A stretch of 64,000 bases of DNA, taken from positions 52,142,001-52,206,000 of the forward strand of contig CM059440.1 in assembly GCA_030390025.1 (NCBI GenBank), given 5' to 3'. A model generated the notes under the pieces. That model was not told the origin of the DNA. It did not search any database and was given only the letters and a program-made list of their open reading frames with translations. Positions 38,701-50,308 of the stretch are shown here, in pieces; position 1 is the stretch's first letter, and each line of letters starts with the position of its first letter. This DNA comes from Squalus acanthias (taxonomy: Eukaryota). The position numbers and the translations under genes are program-made.

Positions 38701-38899
38701 GAGGCAAGCCTGGGTTAATACCTACTTGGGAGACCTCCTGGGAATACCAGGTGCAGTAGGCTTTTCTTGCCAGCAGAGGCTGCTCTCAGCTCTGCACATT
38801 CACACTGCCTTCAATCACCAACCTTTCTGCTGCTTGCTCCTGCACTCACTCTCTCTTTCTCGCTCTCTTTCTCTTTCCTTTGCTGCACATTCTCTTGCT

Positions 38900-40050
38900 G
38901 GCAGACATAGGGAAGGGGGCCGAGATAGAGTGGCATTGTCAGAACAGATGCGGCGAAGATGGAGAAACTGGGAGAATGGAATAGAATCCTTTCAGGAAGC
39001 GGGGAGAGTATATGGGTTTGTAGTGGATGTTGGTCAATAGCCTATCCCCAGAAATGGAGACAGAGAAGTCGAGGAAGGGAAGGGAAGAGCCGTAGATGGA
39101 CCATGTGAAGGTGAGGGAAGGGTGGAAATTGGAAGCCAAGTGAATGAAATTTTCCAGTTCAGGGTGAGAGCAGGAAATGGCACCAATACAGTCATCGTTC
39201 TGACGATGCCACCTTCCATACTAGTGCTTCCGATATGTCTTCCTTTTTCCTCAACCGAGGATTCACCTCTACCGTGGTTGACATGGCCCTTGACCGTGTC
39301 CGTTCCATTTCCCGCACTTCTGCTCTCACCCCTTCCCCTCCCTCCCAGAACCACGATGGGGTTCCCCTTGTCTTCACCTTTCACCCCACCAGCCTCCACA
39401 TTCAACGGATCATCCTGCGTCATTTCTGCCACCTTCAGTGTGATCCCACCACCAAACACATCTTCCCCTCCCCTCCCCTTTCAGCATTCTGAAGGGACCG
39501 CTCCCTCCACAACACCCTGGTCCACTCCTCTATCACCCCCAACATCCCTTCCCCTTCGCTCAACGTAAGCTCGAGGAACAGCACCTCATCTTTCGATTAA
39601 GCACTTTACAGCCTTCTGGACTTAACATCGAGTTCAACAATTTCAGACTATAACGTCAACCCCTATATATTTTTTTCCAATTTTTCTCACATGGTAGCTG
39701 TTGATGATTCTACCATTGCCATTTACATCTCATCTAGTCATCTTTTGTTTCTTAACTTGTCCCATTACCTTCTCCTTTTGCCTTGCATCATCATCCCTTT
39801 TGTCAGTCAATCTCTCCTGCCTTCCAGCCTATCACAGTCCCTCCCTTTGTTCTTTCCTCCCCTCCTCCCTTTCCCTGCCCCTGCTTAAAAATCTGTTACG
39901 TTTGTAACCTTTTCCAGTTCTGACGAAGGGTCTTCGGCCTGAAACGTTAACTCTGTTTCTCTCTCCTCGATGCTGCCTGACCTGCTGAGTGTTTCTAGCA
40001 TTTTCTGTTGTTATTTCAGATTTCCAGCATCCACAGTATTTTGCTATTGA
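38900..40050 (+). mobile_element. Penelope-like element remnant with an inverted 5' piece and terminal repeat
   Basis: Minus-strand RT piece LPFLDFSVSISGDRLLTNIHYKP; plus-strand MSSFFLNRGF...VPLVFTFHP; terminal repeat carrying a hammerhead core. Confidence 0.8.
39916..39952 (+). ncRNA. Minimal type I hammerhead ribozyme (Penelope-associated)
   Basis: AGTT-CTGACGA-AGGGTCTTCGGCCT-GAAA-CG-TT-AACT: intact CUGANGA and GAAA core, stem I AGUU/AACU, stem II AGG/CCU, palindromic ACGU stem III. Confidence 0.65.
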
Positions 40051-40069
40051 ACTGTGTTAAGCCCTGCCG

Positions 40070-41070
40070 ACACCTCAAAAGGCTTTTGATAATTAAACTC
40101 AAAGCTGAGGGGGTTCAGGGTAAACTTTGGGAATGGAGAAGTAACTGGCTGAAGGATAGGAAACAGTAAGTGTTCATCAGAGGAGCTGGGTCAGATTGGA
40201 GGGGAGTACTGTGTCAGGTGCCTCAGGGTTGGTGCTGGGAGCACTATTATTTCCAATTTACGTAAATGACCTGGATTCAGAAACTCGATGCAAAGTGGTC
40301 AGATTTATGGGTGATACCAAACTAGGAGAAGCAGTGGATTTGGAAGAGGCAGCTTAGAAATTACAGGGTGAGATGGACAACATATGCAAGTGGGCAGAAC
40401 AATGGCAGAAGAAACATAATGCAGACAAAAGCTACACACAGGAAGGAAAGATAGACAACATGTATACTGCATGAATGGTGTTGAAATTGCTAAGAATGAA
40501 ACTGAAAGAGAACATGGAGTCTTGCTAGACTCTACGATAAATATGTCCAACCAAGGCAGAGCGGTTAGCAGCAAAGCTGACCCAATGTTGAATTATACAG
40601 CCCAAAAATGGTAGAATATAATGAAGAGGGAGGAGCGATCAAAATTTATACTGTCTTTTTTCACCCAAACCTTGAATACTGCATCCCATTCTGGTCACCC
40701 TGAAGCAAGAGACAGCCAAATGCTGAAGGTGGTGCAGAGAAGAGCCACAAGACTGATTCTCAGGTGTCAGGGCTCTGAACTGAGGGGAAAGACTGGGTTT
40801 TTTCCCCACCTAGAAAGAGGCAGCTGAAAGATGATCTCAGAGGCATATAGATATTGCTACAGGTATAGAAAAAGTTAACCCAGAATGTGACTTTAAATTA
40901 AGTTGCCGAAGTAGATCTAGAGGACACAGGTTCAGGCTAGTAAAAGGTAGTTTTAGGACAGGTATCAGGAAACTCATCTTCATTGTGATCAACATGTGGA
41001 ATAAACTTCCAGAGAAAGTGGAGGTAAAATCTCCTAGAATCGCTTAAAACAATTGGATGGTACAATGGGA
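40070..41070 (+). mobile_element. Old, highly decayed CR1 RT/3' fragment
   Basis: Decayed KAFD, VPQG-VLG, DTKLG and VQRRATRLI motifs. Confidence 0.65.
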
Positions 41071-42189
41071 GTTGCTGTATAAACCGTATTTAACAGATTC
41101 AAGGACCCATGAGTCAGTGACACAATGACAGATGTTTGTTGATATTTGCCGGGCACTTAGACTACAAGTAGGTGATATAGGTCAAAATGCTCACAAGCAG
41201 AAGGCCCACTGAAGACATACAAATACCCCTCATGTAGTTTGCAGCGCTGGGACTCAATGTGCTCTGCTCATGTTGTTACAAGGTATAATGAATACCCAGT
41301 TATGCCTTGGGTAAAAGTCACAGTAAGGGTTGTCTGCACCCACTGGCTTGTGCCCAGGCCCGTATCCACCTCCAAGTGTCTCCCCAAATTTGACTCAAAT
41401 CTTCTACCCTTAACCTTTGCTGGGGTCCCCTTCTTATACCATGACTTTCAATTCAAATCTACGACGTTCCCTTGGACCCATCACTCAACGTTCCTTTCCC
41501 TCTCCATAGGGTCTCTCATGTCACCTGACCTGACCCAGTCCTTCCTTTTTATAATTTTCCACAGCAGATAAGCTATTGTCAAGAACTTTGGTTCTGCATG
41601 TAGGCCCCTTCTCTGTGTCTGGTTTCTATGGTTCAGCAGATCCCTAACCCCACATTCATCTGTCTTGTAATTCTCAAACCATTATAACCTCGTGATCCTA
41701 CACTACCCTTTCAAGACACTATTGTTTAGCTATGTGTATATCGTGATAGAATGTTTCTTCTTCAGTCAAGCTAGCCATTATTTTCCCCATCTACCCTTCT
41801 AAGTTAGTTACTTTGGCCTGTAATCTAATTATGATTTTATATATACACATGCATGTAGACAAAGGTATTAATATGCAAATTAACTATCTCACATCCAACA
41901 AAATTGTAACTGCCTCTCACCTATAGTGTCCAACCTTTCTTTTTACTGCAGTCTTTCTCGCTTCTATTTTATCAATACTGCTATGCTCAGCACTTCCTTG
42001 AACTCACCTCTCTTGTTCCTCATTAACTGCAAATTCGCTGGCATACAAACTCTTCCTTCTCCTGGCATTGCGTTGAAACCAAGATTAATTTCAGTGTTTT
42101 CCAACTCTAACTAGTTATCTGGAGTTCAAAACCCACCACGAGACACTTCCCCACATGGAGGGAGAGAAATCAAGCTGCATCACTGGCAT

Positions 42190-43720
42190 TTTGTTTTTTA
42201 TTCATTCATGAGATATGGGCATCACGGGCAAGGCCAGCATTTATTGCCCATCCCTAATTGCCCTGGAGAAGCTGGTGGTGAGCCGTCTGCTTGAACCGCT
42301 GCAGTGTGTGTGGTGAAAGTACTCCCACAGTGCTGTTAGGGAGGGAGTTCCAGGGTTTTGACCCAGCGACGATGCAGGAACGGCCGAAATATTTCCAAGT
42401 CAGGATGCTGTGTGACTTGGAGGGGAACTTGGAGGTGGTGGTGTTCCCATGCGCCTGCTGCCCTTGTCCTTCTAGTTGGAAGAGGTCATAGAAACATAGA
42501 AGATAGGAGTTGGAAGAGGTCATAGAAACATAGAAGATAGGAGTTGGAAGAGGTCATAGAAACATAGAAGATAGGAGCAGGAGTAGGCCATTCTGCCCCT
42601 CGAGCCTGCTCCACCATTCAATGCGATCATGGCTGATCATCCAAATTCAGTACCCTGTCCCTGCTTTCTCCCCATATCCCTTGATCCCCTTAGCCTTAAG
42701 AAATACATCTAACTCCTTCTTGAATATATTTAATGAATTGACCTCAACTGCCTTCTGTGGTAGAGAATTCCACAGGTTCACCACTCTCTGGGTGAAGAAA
42801 TTCCTCCTCATCGCAGTCCGAAATGACTTACCCCTTATCCTTAGACTTTGACCCCTGGTTCTGGACTCCCCCGCCATCGGGAACATCCTACCTGCATCTA
42901 GTCTGTCTAGTCCTGTTAGAATTTTATAAGTTTCAATGAGATCCCCTCTCATTCTTCTAAACTCTAGCGAATATATGCCTAATCGACCCAACCTCTCTTC
43001 ATACGTCATTCCTGCCATCCCAGGTATCAGTTTGGTGAATCTTCGCTGCACTCCCTCCATGGCAAGAACATCCTTCCTCAGATAAGGCGACCAAAACTGC
43101 ACACAATACTCAAGGTGTGGTCTCACCAAGGCCCTGTACAACTGCAGCAAGACATCCTTGCTCCTGTACTTGAATCCTCTCGCTATGAAGGCCAACATAC
43201 CATTTGCCTTCTTAACCGCCTGCTGCACCTGCATGCTTACCTTCAGCGACTGGTGCACAAGGACACCCAGGTCTTGTTGCATTTCCCCTTTTCCCAATCT
43301 GTTGCCGTTCAGATAATAATCTGCCTTCCTGTTTATACCACCAAAGTGGATAACCTCGCATTTATCCACATTATACTGCATCTGCCCAATCACCCAACCT
43401 GTCCAAATCATCCTGGAGTTTCTCTACATCCTCCTCACAGCACACACGCCCACCCAGCTTTGTGTCATCTGCAAACTTGGAGATATTACATCTAGTTCCC
43501 TCGTCTAGATCATTAATATATATTGAGTTTGGGAGGTGCTGCTGAAGAAGCCTTGGCCAGTTGCTGCAGTGCATCTTGTAGATGGTACACACTGCAGCCA
43601 CGGTATGCCAGTGGTGGAGTGAATGTGTAAGGTGGTGGATGGGGTGCCAATCAAGTGGGCTGCTCTGACCTGGATGGTGTCACGCTTCTTGAGTGTTGTT
43701 GGAGCTGCACTCATCCAGGT
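42190..43720 (-). mobile_element. Second-family LINE 3' end (42190-42487 and 43525-43720) interrupted by a CR1 3' fragment (42488-43524)
   Basis: The CR1 part is nearly identical to 34533-35515, and the host sequence resumes after it. Confidence 0.88.
42474..42575. repeat. Three perfect 34-bp tandem units spanning a target/CR1-tail junction
   Basis: AGTTGGAAGAGGTCATAGAAACATAGAAGATAGG x3. Confidence 0.95.
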
Positions 43721-44319
43721 AAGTGGAAGTAATGAGGGGATAAACGATAGTGTGAATGCTTACTACTAAAAAGTACAACATCTTCAATCTTAGTCTTTCC
43801 ATCCCAGACTTGTCTCAAAATAGAAGTTTTACGAACAATCGCTGCTTAAATTTCACTATTAAAAATCAATTTACATCTACATCACTGTTCCCTAGATAGT
43901 CACAAAAAGAATCACAAGGGGGGTAGTGTAGAAATGACTTTGAATTATCCTTTGTATGAGTGTTATGGTGCTATCAAATGCAGTAGTGGATTTGTGTGTT
44001 TCTACTCATTCACGGATCCAAGACAAACTCATTGCAGGCTTTATTTTTTAATTCACAGGGAAATTGCATCACATCCAGAAGTACAGGTAGCAGGCTGTGT
44101 CTGGAAGAATTCCAGATATTTCAATTTTCTATCCAAACTACAATTTTACAATCAGAATCTCCAATTATTCATACCAACTGCTTGTGCTCTCATTCAAGTT
44201 TTATCCATGAGCTAAATAAATGGAGAGTGCATCCCACGTACCAACCACACATCAGGAGTCTCCACTTACTTTTAAAATTGTTTCTGGTCTCTATGTAAAA
44301 CAACATAGCTAAATGTCAT

Positions 44320-44366
44320 TTATAAATATATATTATTTCTGTATAACACGAGAGCTGGAAAAATCC
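44320..44366 (-). CDS. Gene B probable terminal coding exon
   Basis: Strong polypyrimidine tract and cacaccAG; phase 1 gives GIFPALVLYRNNIYL* (an alternative in-frame AG gives a start at 44354); AATAAA at 44045-44040. Confidence 0.45.
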
Positions 44367-44554
44367 CTGGTGTGAAAAAAGTGACAAAAATGCGAGTCAC
44401 CCTGCCACAGAAAATAAATTTTGCACCTTCACTAATTTCTTCTCCCTTCAGAAGCTTATAGATCCACCACTGACAACTGCAAGATGGAGCAAATATGGAG
44501 AAAAAGTTAATAACTTCTTCAAGTTCATTAATTAATATAAAAAATAATGCTTAC

Positions 44555-44680
44555 CTGTTGTGAAAACAAACAGAAGAACTGATAAATACTGAGGTGTGAT
44601 AAAACAGACACTCTCAAACCAATTCAAGAGCAGCATAGGTCGAGGTGCCTGGGAACAGGTCCCCTTCCTGCCCTCCTGTT
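44555..44680 (-). CDS. Gene B exon: stalk and hydrophobic segment
   Basis: Acceptor catttccAG, donor AG|GTAAGC, 126 nt, phase 1-1; EQEGRKGTCSQAPRPMLLLNWFESVCFITPQYLSVLLFVFTT. Confidence 0.65.
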
Positions 44681-45884
44681 CTGGAAATGCATTTTTATTT
44701 TCCCCATTCTATATTGTATGAGTGAATTATCATAAGGAAAAAGAAAGAGCATTAAAAAGCATCCAGAAAGAAGCAACATTTGTTAAGGTGGCATTGGCAA
44801 AAAAAACTGCCTTTTGCCTTGTAGAAATGCCAAATTCTGTGCTCCCGGCAGGAAAGCCACACTGAAAGGGATCAGAAGTTGGGGGAGGAGAGATACTGCA
44901 CTGTAGCCCCAATTCTCTGATCGCCCCCTCCCACAAATTGAACTTTCCAAGTGTTTTTCGTCAGCTCAATTGCTACAGCACTGTGAAGAGCTGTTATACC
45001 ATTAAGTCACAGCAATGAATATCCCCCCCTGCTGAAACAGGTACGATCCACCCATGGACAGTTTGTTGAAAGACATATCGGCCCGTATTTTGCGAGGCCC
45101 ACGGGTGCGTACGAGGTGCCCAGGAGTCCTCAGGATGAAAGCACTAACTCTCCGTGCGCGCAGAGACTGAAGGCAAGTGCGCATCTCTTTTGCTGGTCGG
45201 AGGCTTCTGTTCGCAGGAAGCCTCTGATCGGGATTTCAGGCCCATCAGGTCATGAAGTATAGTTTTGGTGGATCGTATTTCTACCCAAATCATTTTTCTT
45301 GTAAACCAATGCTAGAATTAGAATTATGATCAGCAATCCAGTTGTTATCAGGGGAGCAAGCACCATCCATCGCTTTCTTGTAAAATCAGTTTGAATTTCT
45401 GTAAAATAAAAGTTACAGCAATGCTTTCAGTGCTAGTTTGAATTTCTTTGACAATACATTTTAAATGAACAATTTGACTTCAAAAATGCTAATTATATGA
45501 TGCATAAAATGTGACATTGAATAAGCTGGTACTAAATTAGAAGTTACAGATGTGGCTGAAAAGGATCAAATATACTTTGTGTGACTAAGTTAGAACTCAA
45601 TTTGTACATCAAATGGGAGGTTAGCAGTGGAAAACATTTCGGGGAGGATTTAGCCCCCCTCTGTTCTGGAGTAGAGTTAAAATGGAGGTGGTGTGCTCAC
45701 TGCCCCATTCTCAATCCACTGGCATTTTGCTGGGGCCTTCTGCTGGGTGCCCCAGGCAACCACCTGAATCAGGTGCACGCCTCATTAGCCTATGCAAATC
45801 GGGGTCCTGTGAAATACATTCTCACTGGCTTTTTAAACCTGCTTATACATTTTAGGTAATTTACCCGACTGTTTACTACAGGAA

Positions 45885-46280
45885 TGGTAGCATTGTGGTT
45901 GTTACTGGACTAGTAATCCAGAGGCCTGGACTAATGATCCAGAGACATGAGTTCAAATCCCACTCATGGCAGCTGGGGAATTTAAATTCAGTTAATTAAA
46001 TAAATCTGGAATAAAAAGCTAGTATCAGTACTGGCGACAATGAAGCTACCAGATTGTCATAAAAACCCATTTGGTTCACTAATGTCCTTCAGGGAAGGAT
46101 ATCTGCCGTCCTTACCTGGTTTGGCCTATACTCCAGACCCACAGCAATGTGGTTGACTCTTAACAGCCCTCTGAAATGGCCTAGCAAGCCACTCAGCTGC
46201 CAAGAAGGTGGCTCATCAAGGGCAATTAGGGATGGGCAATAAATGCCAGCGATGCCCACATCCCATGAATGAATAAAAAT
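45885..46280 (+). mobile_element. tRNA-derived SINE (second family)
   Basis: Homologous to 13890-14282. Confidence 0.75.
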
Positions 46281-46548
46281 CATTTTGAACTGACACCTTG
46301 GCAGAGTGTCTGCTCAGTAAAACTCGGTGATACAGAAGCAGCCCAAAAAAGGTAAATTATTTGTGTGGCCAGGTGAAGGAGCACTTCTCCCGGCTCCACA
46401 AGAATGATGTGGGCCACTGTCACTACCTCTCCACCCTGCTTCCCATGATCACAACCCCCCTCATGTCAGCTGCCAGATAGTTAATATCTAGGCCTTCTCC
46501 TATTTGGGGAAAAGATTCACTGCATAGGATCCAAATCAATTAACTTAC

Positions 46549-46830
46549 CCAACGAAAGAAATGTCCTGGAAAGGGACTGCTGCAGAACATCATTCCTTAA
46601 TCTAAATGTGTAGTTTGAACTCCTACTGGTATCATTGGTTTGCAGAATACTCCGCAGTGAATACAGTCCATCTTCATGAAGTTGGCACAAGGTCTCAGAC
46701 AGGGCAGAAATATCCTGGTGTTTTTCATTGTACCAGAAAACAGTAGCTTTGGGGAAACCTTGGGATTCAAAGGCGAAAACTGTTCCATCTGGTGTTCGTT
46801 TGATTATTAGGCTGGGTTCTGTGTAGTACG
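46549..46830 (-). CDS. Gene B IgC exon (B7-type, canonical Cys replaced by Phe)
   Basis: Acceptor ttcctcAG, donor G|GTAAGT, 282 nt open; AYYTEPSL...VFAFESQGFPKATVFWYN...GLYSLRSIL...NYTFRLRNDVLQQSLS. Confidence 0.9.
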
Positions 46831-47865
46831 CTGAGGAATTTAAAAAAAAGTAGTCAATAGACAAAGGAAATAAAATTCATCAAATACCATCCAAGGTTTT
46901 AATTCCTGCTACCATTTTGGGGGGTGGGGGGGTGAGGAAATTGAAAAGCAACAATTTTCTCCTAAAGGCAGTAACTCATGCCAGAGCATGGTTCCACAAA
47001 CACCAGCAGTCCTCCAGTACATCACACAAGTCGTCATTCTTCCCATGTCATCTTAGATGGAATGTTTGCAGGCAAATTGACCATTACATCAGAGCCCAAT
47101 CCAGTCCTCACAGGACAGCTACTTCACGTAGCTTCCAGCAGGGATCAATGGCTGGCAATCAAAAGCAGGAACCCTACCAGAGTTTTCTCTTCCTAGTTCA
47201 TGGGCAGAGGCCAAATGAAGTGTTGCCCTGGTTAAGGTCAGGTAACCTGGGAACAAACTAGCTAAAATCAAACCAGATACTCCCGGCTCTGTATATAGTA
47301 AGAATATAGCAACTACTCCAGCTAATCAAATTAGTAGGTCCATGTGTCCAGTGGCTTTTCAATACTTAAAAAACCCAAGATTTAGCTTCTGCCTTATCTT
47401 ACAATGATACGTCAATCATAGTAAGCATACAAGTGCCACGTGTCAGTGTACTTAAATAAGTCAGCTTGTTGGATGGAACCTGGAGGTTGTTTCCAGTGTT
47501 TTTAATACTATTGTCTAAAAATCTATATATACACACACTCAGTCGTGGATGCTCAGTCGTTGAGTATATTCAACAGATCAATAGATTTTTGGATACTAAG
47601 GAAATCAAAGGATATGGGGATAGTGCGGGAAAGTGGAGTAGAAGTAGAAGATCAGCCATGATCTTATTGAAGGGCAGAGCAGGCTCGAAGGCATCGCCTT
47701 GTTTAAGGTTGCTCCGCTACACTATTGATTTAATAAAAACAAACACTCAAAAATAGCAACTGATTTCAATTGCGTGAAAAGGACTTATACTGAAATCATA
47801 CATTAAACATTTTAATCTACAACACTGGAAGAAAAAAAAAAGTCAAGATGCAAATTAAAACATAC

Positions 47866-48204
47866 CGGCAAAATTTAGAGACACGATTCCTGTACTAATT
47901 TCTATTGGAGTGCTGATAAAGCACTTGTACTGCCCAGCATCCTTTGGTCTGACTCCTTCTAATTTTAGGGAAGCATTTCCCAATTTAAACTCCTCTGGGA
48001 AAAGGCTCGCTCTCCCCGAATACTGCCGACTCTGCCGATCTTCGCTGCTGTTGGAACTGAAGATCACCTCTTTGGTCTCGACACGTTGCCAGATGATGAT
48101 GATCTGGTCTAAGGAGTCACCAATGAGGAAGTGACACGGCAGGACTGTATTTTGACCATGGATGGCGAGTACAGCTTCTTCCCAAACACTTACTTGTTGT
48201 TGAT
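47866..48204 (-). CDS. Gene B IgV exon (B7/CD276-like)
   Basis: Acceptor ttttacAG, donor G|GTATGT, 339 nt open; DQQQVSVWEEAVLAIHGQNTVLPCHF...IIIWQRVETKEV...YSGRASLFPEEFKLGNASLKLEGVRPKDAGQYKCFIS. Confidence 0.92.
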
Positions 48205-48796
48205 CTGTAAAATTGCAGATGGATTAACTACTCTTTTCATAGACAAATAATATATTTCAATCCATCACATTAAAAAAATACCATTCCTGCGGTATCTACT
48301 CCATCAAAGCAAGTGTTAGAGTTGAACATCCGTCCGCCTTTGCAGAATTTAATTGGCCAGTGTAAACAGGGCAGAATTCCAATGTGTAGGTTCTGCCCCA
48401 AATTTCTGGCCAAGGGTAGAAAAATCAGGCTTTCTGCCCTCTCCCTGTCCCAGGAATTTCAGGGCCTTAATCTTGCAGAAAGATCATGCCTCACTTTTGC
48501 AATTTGGAAAATGCACAGCATCAATGGGAGACATTTGTCAGACCTCGACAGCAAAATACTATCAGCTATATTACTAATACAGGTCTTGAATTCATGCTCA
48601 GCACCAAGCAGACTTCCCAGCATTAACCATTGCAAAACAAACATGTTTACCGCGCTGGTAAACCAGGACATTCTGGTTTGTATTTGTTCTTGTGCAGTAC
48701 TTTTTCCTCCTATCAGATGAACCCAGCCTTTAAAGTGCAGAAGGTTGCAAAAGTTACTAACAAGTTACTGAAATTGCAAGAGTTACTAGCAATAAT

Positions 48797-49182
48797 GGCC
48801 CGGATTTTGTAGTCAGTGGCTCGACCATCATTACGCTTACAGCTGCCCCCACAGACTTTGTGCAGGCTTTTGAGCAGCAACTTACAGTACTTAGAGATCA
48901 TTTTCAGCGTGGACTTATCATGCCATTAAAAATTCACTTACACATGAATGCACCAGCCCTAACTTTTTCTACCGTGTTTAGTGGACAAAAACTGCAACTT
49001 CACGCCCTTAATGCAGTGTCTCTCGGCGAGGTACCAGTGTAGCGCAACTTGTGGAGGAGCAACATCCCGATTTCTCCATTTAACTGCGCATGTGCGGAAT
49101 CCGAAAGTTGCTGTCCAATTTACTTCATAATAACGGTGAGCGCGGTTTGCCTCACGTTATTTTGACCGCAAAAATCTGGGCC
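48797..49182. mobile_element. MITE in gene B intron
   Basis: Imperfect TIRs GGCCCGGATTTTGTAGTCA / TGACCGCAAAAATCTGGGCC; TSD not perfect. Confidence 0.7.
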
Positions 49183-49275
49183 ATGTCTATGAAGCGAAAA
49201 TCCAAAAGATCACAACTTATTTTTAGCATTGCAAAGGCTTAGTTATCAAGTATATACAAAAGATTTTAAACTTAC

Positions 49276-49339
49276 CAGAAAACAACACTAATTTTATCAT
49301 CATCGTCAGAAAAGCAGAACTCTGAGAACGTTGAAGCAT
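49276..49339 (-). CDS. Gene B leader exon (coding part; the exon probably starts at the acceptor at 49354)
   Basis: MLQRSQSSAFLTMMIKLVLFS followed by G|GTAAGT, phase 1; upstream acceptor tttattcacAG implies a further 5' exon. Confidence 0.65.
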
Positions 49340-50181
49340 CTTATTAATCTGATTCTGTGAATAAAGTAATGAATTCAAAGTTATCATTCAGTTTGTTACA
49401 ATTTGCAGTTTCCCTTCCTCTCCTGAAGGTGGTGACTCTCCATTTCCCCCAGCAGTGGTTGCCCTGACACTTTACCCGAGTCCCCAATATTCATACGTGA
49501 GCCTCGACAATCGATATCAGCAGACGATCAAACATCACAGCCAAGCACAATCCCCTCCTCAACCAGCATCCATCCACATGATTTTCCACATACAGATCAC
49601 TAGATAGCAGTCAGGAGAAGGAAACCCTAACCCATATAATAATGCCCCTACTGTTAGCCTAGCTGAGATTAGCAAGATCTGTATAGGCCAGGAATTGAAG
49701 CAAATAGATTATTGGCTGGTATGAATGAGTTGTGGATACTTTACCAAGTCAACATTTTGTTAAATGCAATCCTTTGTACTTTAACAAAGGAAGTAACTCT
49801 TCTCCCCCATGTTAATTTTCCTCTCAATCTCCTTCCCTGAAGTTTGACTCTCTGCAGGGGTATGGTTCCACAGGACAGGTCCACCCAAGTGGCCATTATT
49901 CATGTATAAACCTCGACAGCCTGCTCAACCACAAAACCATCACAGTTCAGTCTGTTCCTGTACCCACCTGATGCACATACCTGCATCCTGCTGATGGTGG
50001 TTCCCGGAGAGGGAATCTTGACCAATTTTCTAACTAACCCAGAGGTCAACGATTACACCACTGGTACAGCCCAGCTGAGATTAACTAAATCAGCAGAGCC
50101 TGGAGATCTAAGGAGTATGATTTTTATTTGTAGCAGACAAAGAGCAAAGGAACAAAAATCAAAACAGTAATAAGCATGTAC

Positions 50182-50306
50182 CTGCGAATATTAGAGACAC
50201 AATGCCCTGGCCACTTCCTTTTGCATTACTGACAAGGCACATGCACTGTGTCTCACTCTGTCTAGCTTCACTGAAACGTTCCCTTGTTTTAACTCCTCTG
50301 GGAATA
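50182..50306 (-). pseudogene. Gene C: 3' remnant of IgV exon (paralog of gene A)
   Basis: Aligns to 20080-20217 with the same donor context. A 13-nt deletion removes the EDAG codons, and the 5' part is replaced by a CR1 starting ~50309. Confidence 0.85.
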
Positions 50307-50308
50307 TC

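Noticed and set aside
41085-41910. Possible additional LTR
   Set aside because: I could not identify matching TG...CA termini with a TSD.
42474-42575. CRISPR-like array
   Set aside because: Head-to-tail repeats with no spacers, in a eukaryotic context.
17529-49339. Assigning the symbol CD276 to gene A or B
   Set aside because: Similarity is family-level only; the short tails and Cys-less IgC differ from CD276, and orthology needs phylogeny and synteny.
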